DNA of 64,000 nucleotides from Escherichia coli (GTDB lineage Bacteria; Pseudomonadota; Gammaproteobacteria; Enterobacterales; Enterobacteriaceae): NCBI RefSeq assembly GCF_030013205.1, contig NZ_CP122648.1; one strand, 5' to 3'. Shown piece by piece: positions 61,374 to 64,000 of this stretch (position 1 is its first letter; each line of letters starts with the position of its first letter). The notes under the pieces were generated by a model. It saw only the letters and a program-made list of their open reading frames with translations, ran no database searches and was not told where the DNA came from. The position numbers and the translations under genes were made by a program.

Positions 61374-62314
61374 GCGTGGGCTCCTTCATGACGACGAATG
61401 CGCGGGTCCAGCGCGGCGTTGAGCAAATCGACAATCAAATTACAGACCACAAAAACCACCACCATCATCAGCGTAAAGCACTGGATCACCGGATAGTCAC
61501 GGTTAAAAATCGCCGACACCGCATAGCGCCCGACGCCCGGCCAGGCAAAGATGTTTTCGATAATCATCGTCCCGCCAATCAGTTCGCCAATGTGCATCCC
61601 CACGGCGGTGATCATCGGCAGCGAGGCATTGCGCAGAATATGACGACGCTCGGTTTGTTTGTCATTCAGGCCGCGTAGCCGCGCCCAGGTGACGTGACGC
61701 TGACCGGCGACGTCCAGCATACTGGCGCGCAGCAGCCGCGCGTTAATCGCCAGCGACATAAAGGCAATGGAAACCGCAGGCAAAATGATGTGCTGCCAGC
61801 CGCCGTAGCCCATCGCGGGTAGCCATTGCAGATATACCGAAAACGCCATCACCAGCAAAAACGCCAGCCAGAAGTTGGGCATCGACACGCCGAGAAACGC
61901 GATGAAACGTACGGCGAAATCCGGCAGACGATCGCGATGGCGCGCCGCCCAGATACCGAGCGGTACGGAAGTGAGCAGAATTAACACCAGCGCGGCACCT
62001 GCAAGTTCCAGCGTGGCGGGCAGGAAGTTCAGCATATCGTCCAGCACCGGGCGTTGGCTGGCGAATGAGATACCAAAGTCAAGATGCAGCGCCTTCCACA
62101 ACCAGGTGCCGTACTGGACATACAGCGGCTGATCCAGCCCCAGCATGGTGCGTGTAGAGGCCAGCATCTCCGGCGTCGGCGGCAGGTTAGACAGACGCAA
62201 ATAATCAAGCGCCGGGTCGCCGGTGCCGAGGCGCAGCATCAGAAAAATGATCACCGAGGCGGCGAGCACCATCGGGATCAGCAGCAGAAAGCGGCGTAAT
62301 ACGTAACGCAACAT
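61370..62314 (-). CDS. nikB: nickel ABC transporter permease NikB
   Basis: 314 aa DppB-like permease. Confidence 0.9.
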
Positions 62315-63888
62315 TAAGGTTTCACCGGTTTAATCTGTTCGAACGGAATTTCGGTGGCGATCGGCGCGTAGGGGATGTTACCCAGCTCCGGTTTTGATAC
62401 CACCATCATTGAGATGTAACTGATAGGCAGATAAACCGCCTCGTCATGCAGACGGGTCAGAATGTCGCGATACAGCGCCTGACGTTGCGTTTCGTCATGG
62501 GTTGCCAGCACTTCGCCGATCTCTTTATCAATCAGCGGCTTGTCGGCTAATCCTTGCTGTGCCTGGAAATCAGCGTGCGACGGTACGCGCATTGAACTCA
62601 GGAAGGCGTGTGGATCGTATGGCGCGCCCCAGGTGCGATGGAAAATCATGCCAAAACGACCGTCGCGCTGACGAGCATAGATACTGCTCTCTTCTTCGCC
62701 AACCAGTGAGACATCTGCGCCAATCTGGCGCATATCAGCCTGAATGATTTCCGCCATCGATTTGCTTAACGCATCGGTGCCGATGAACGACAGTTCAATG
62801 CGCAGCGGCTGACCATTTTTCTCGCGGATGTCTTTGCCCGCAGGAAGCGTCCAACCGGCTTTTTCCAGCAACGCTTTCGCTTTCTGCGGATCGTACTGGC
62901 GCGGTTTCAGGCCGAGGTTGGCGTAGGGCACAGAAGGAGCAAACAGGGTGTCGGCGACCTGCTGGGTGCCATACAACGCGTTATCAATCAGCGATTTTTT
63001 GTTTACCGCGTAATTAAGAGCTTCACGTACGGCCAGCTCGTTGGTGGGGGCTTTGGCGGTATTGAGCGCCAGCATCACGGTTTCGATCGGCTGTGACAGT
63101 TGGGTGTGGTAAGCCGGGTTCTGGCTAAAGCGGGCGAAGGTATCGAGCGGTAATAACCCTTCGTTTCCGTACAGCAGGTCGATATCGCCAGTTTCAAACG
63201 CCACCGCGCGGGTAGTCGGGTCCGGGATCACGTTAAAGGTGATCTTTTTAATCGCCGGCTTTTCGCCCCAGTAGTTTTCGTTACGGACGAAGACATCGTA
63301 CTGATTCAGTTTCGATTCCTGCAAAATCCACGGCCCGGTGCCAATTGGCGCTTTAATCCCGTTCATGGTTTCATGGTTTTTAAACTGCGAGGGGGCGATA
63401 AAACGGAAAGGGCGCGGCAGGGCCAGTTCTTGCAGGAAAGGATAGTAGGCGCTTTTCAGGGTGATTTGCAGCTCTGTTTTACTGAGTGCTTTGACATCAA
63501 CAATCTGGTTTGCCAGCTCCAGCCAGGCGTGACGTTGACGGTTATCGAGCACTGCGCGGAAGTTTTCTGCCGCCGCCTCTGCATCAAACGATTCGCCGTT
63601 GGAGAATTTCACGTCATCACGCAGGGTGAAGGTCCAGGTTTTACCATCTTCTGAATGAGTCCAGCTTTTTGCCAGCCACGGGATCACCGAACCGTCTGCC
63701 TGATATTTCACCAATGGTTCATAAACCATGCTCTGGGCGAACATCTGGTTAGGCGTGTAAAGGTGCGGGTTTAGTGGCCCGACATTCACCGGCCAGGCGG
63801 TGGTGATTTCATCTGGTGCAGCGGCATGGACGATAAAAGACGCACAAGCCAGCAGCGCAAATAGAGTGCGGCGGAGTGTAGAGAACAT
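62314..63888 (-). CDS. nikA: periplasmic nickel-binding protein NikA
   Basis: 524 aa ORF with signal peptide; family 5 solute-binding protein. Confidence 0.92.
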
Positions 63889-63925
63889 GGTAACCCCAAT
63901 GGATTAAAATAGATGGCGGAAATAA

Positions 63926-63953
63926 GTATGACGATTTTAAGTATTCGTCATAC
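63926..63953. promoter_or_regulatory. NikR operator upstream of nikA
   Basis: Exact match to GTATGA-N16-TCATAC: gtatga cgattttaagtattcg tcatac, 38 nt upstream of the nikA start. Confidence 0.8.
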
Positions 63954-64000
63954 TGATAACCTGTTCTGGATCAAAAGATGGACAGTCGGGTGGGCGGATC

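Overview
This window reads as a contiguous Escherichia coli (non-K-12, chu-positive) chromosomal segment, assigned by recalled protein sequence and gene order; no searches were run. In order: gadA (5' partial), gadX, gadY sRNA, gadW, mdtEF, gadE, hdeD, hdeAB, yhiD (acid fitness island); the ~9 kb chu haem-uptake cluster (chuVUYXWT, chuA, chuS); slp-dctR; an intact yhiS; an ArsP-like permease with an ArsR-like regulator; arsRBC; the dinQ/agrAB toxin-antisense locus; gor, rlmJ, prlC, rsmJ, dtpB, uspA/uspB, pitA, yhiN, yhiM; the DUF4049 paralogs yhiKL (frameshifted) and yhiJ; yhiI-rbbA-yhhJ; a decayed Rhs element with an IS1 insertion; and nikABCDE-nikR with its NikR operator. I did not find a gene cluster that looks like a wholly undescribed system; essentially every long ORF is a recognisable E. 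coli gene. The observations most worth a second look are the anatomy of the decayed Rhs element (frameshifting deletion, IS1 with target-site duplication, a probable toxin/immunity pair and an orphan C-terminal cassette), the poly-G frameshift in yhiKL with phosphoesterase-like motifs in the yhiJ family, and the ArsP-like/ArsR-like module with repeated operator-like palindromes.
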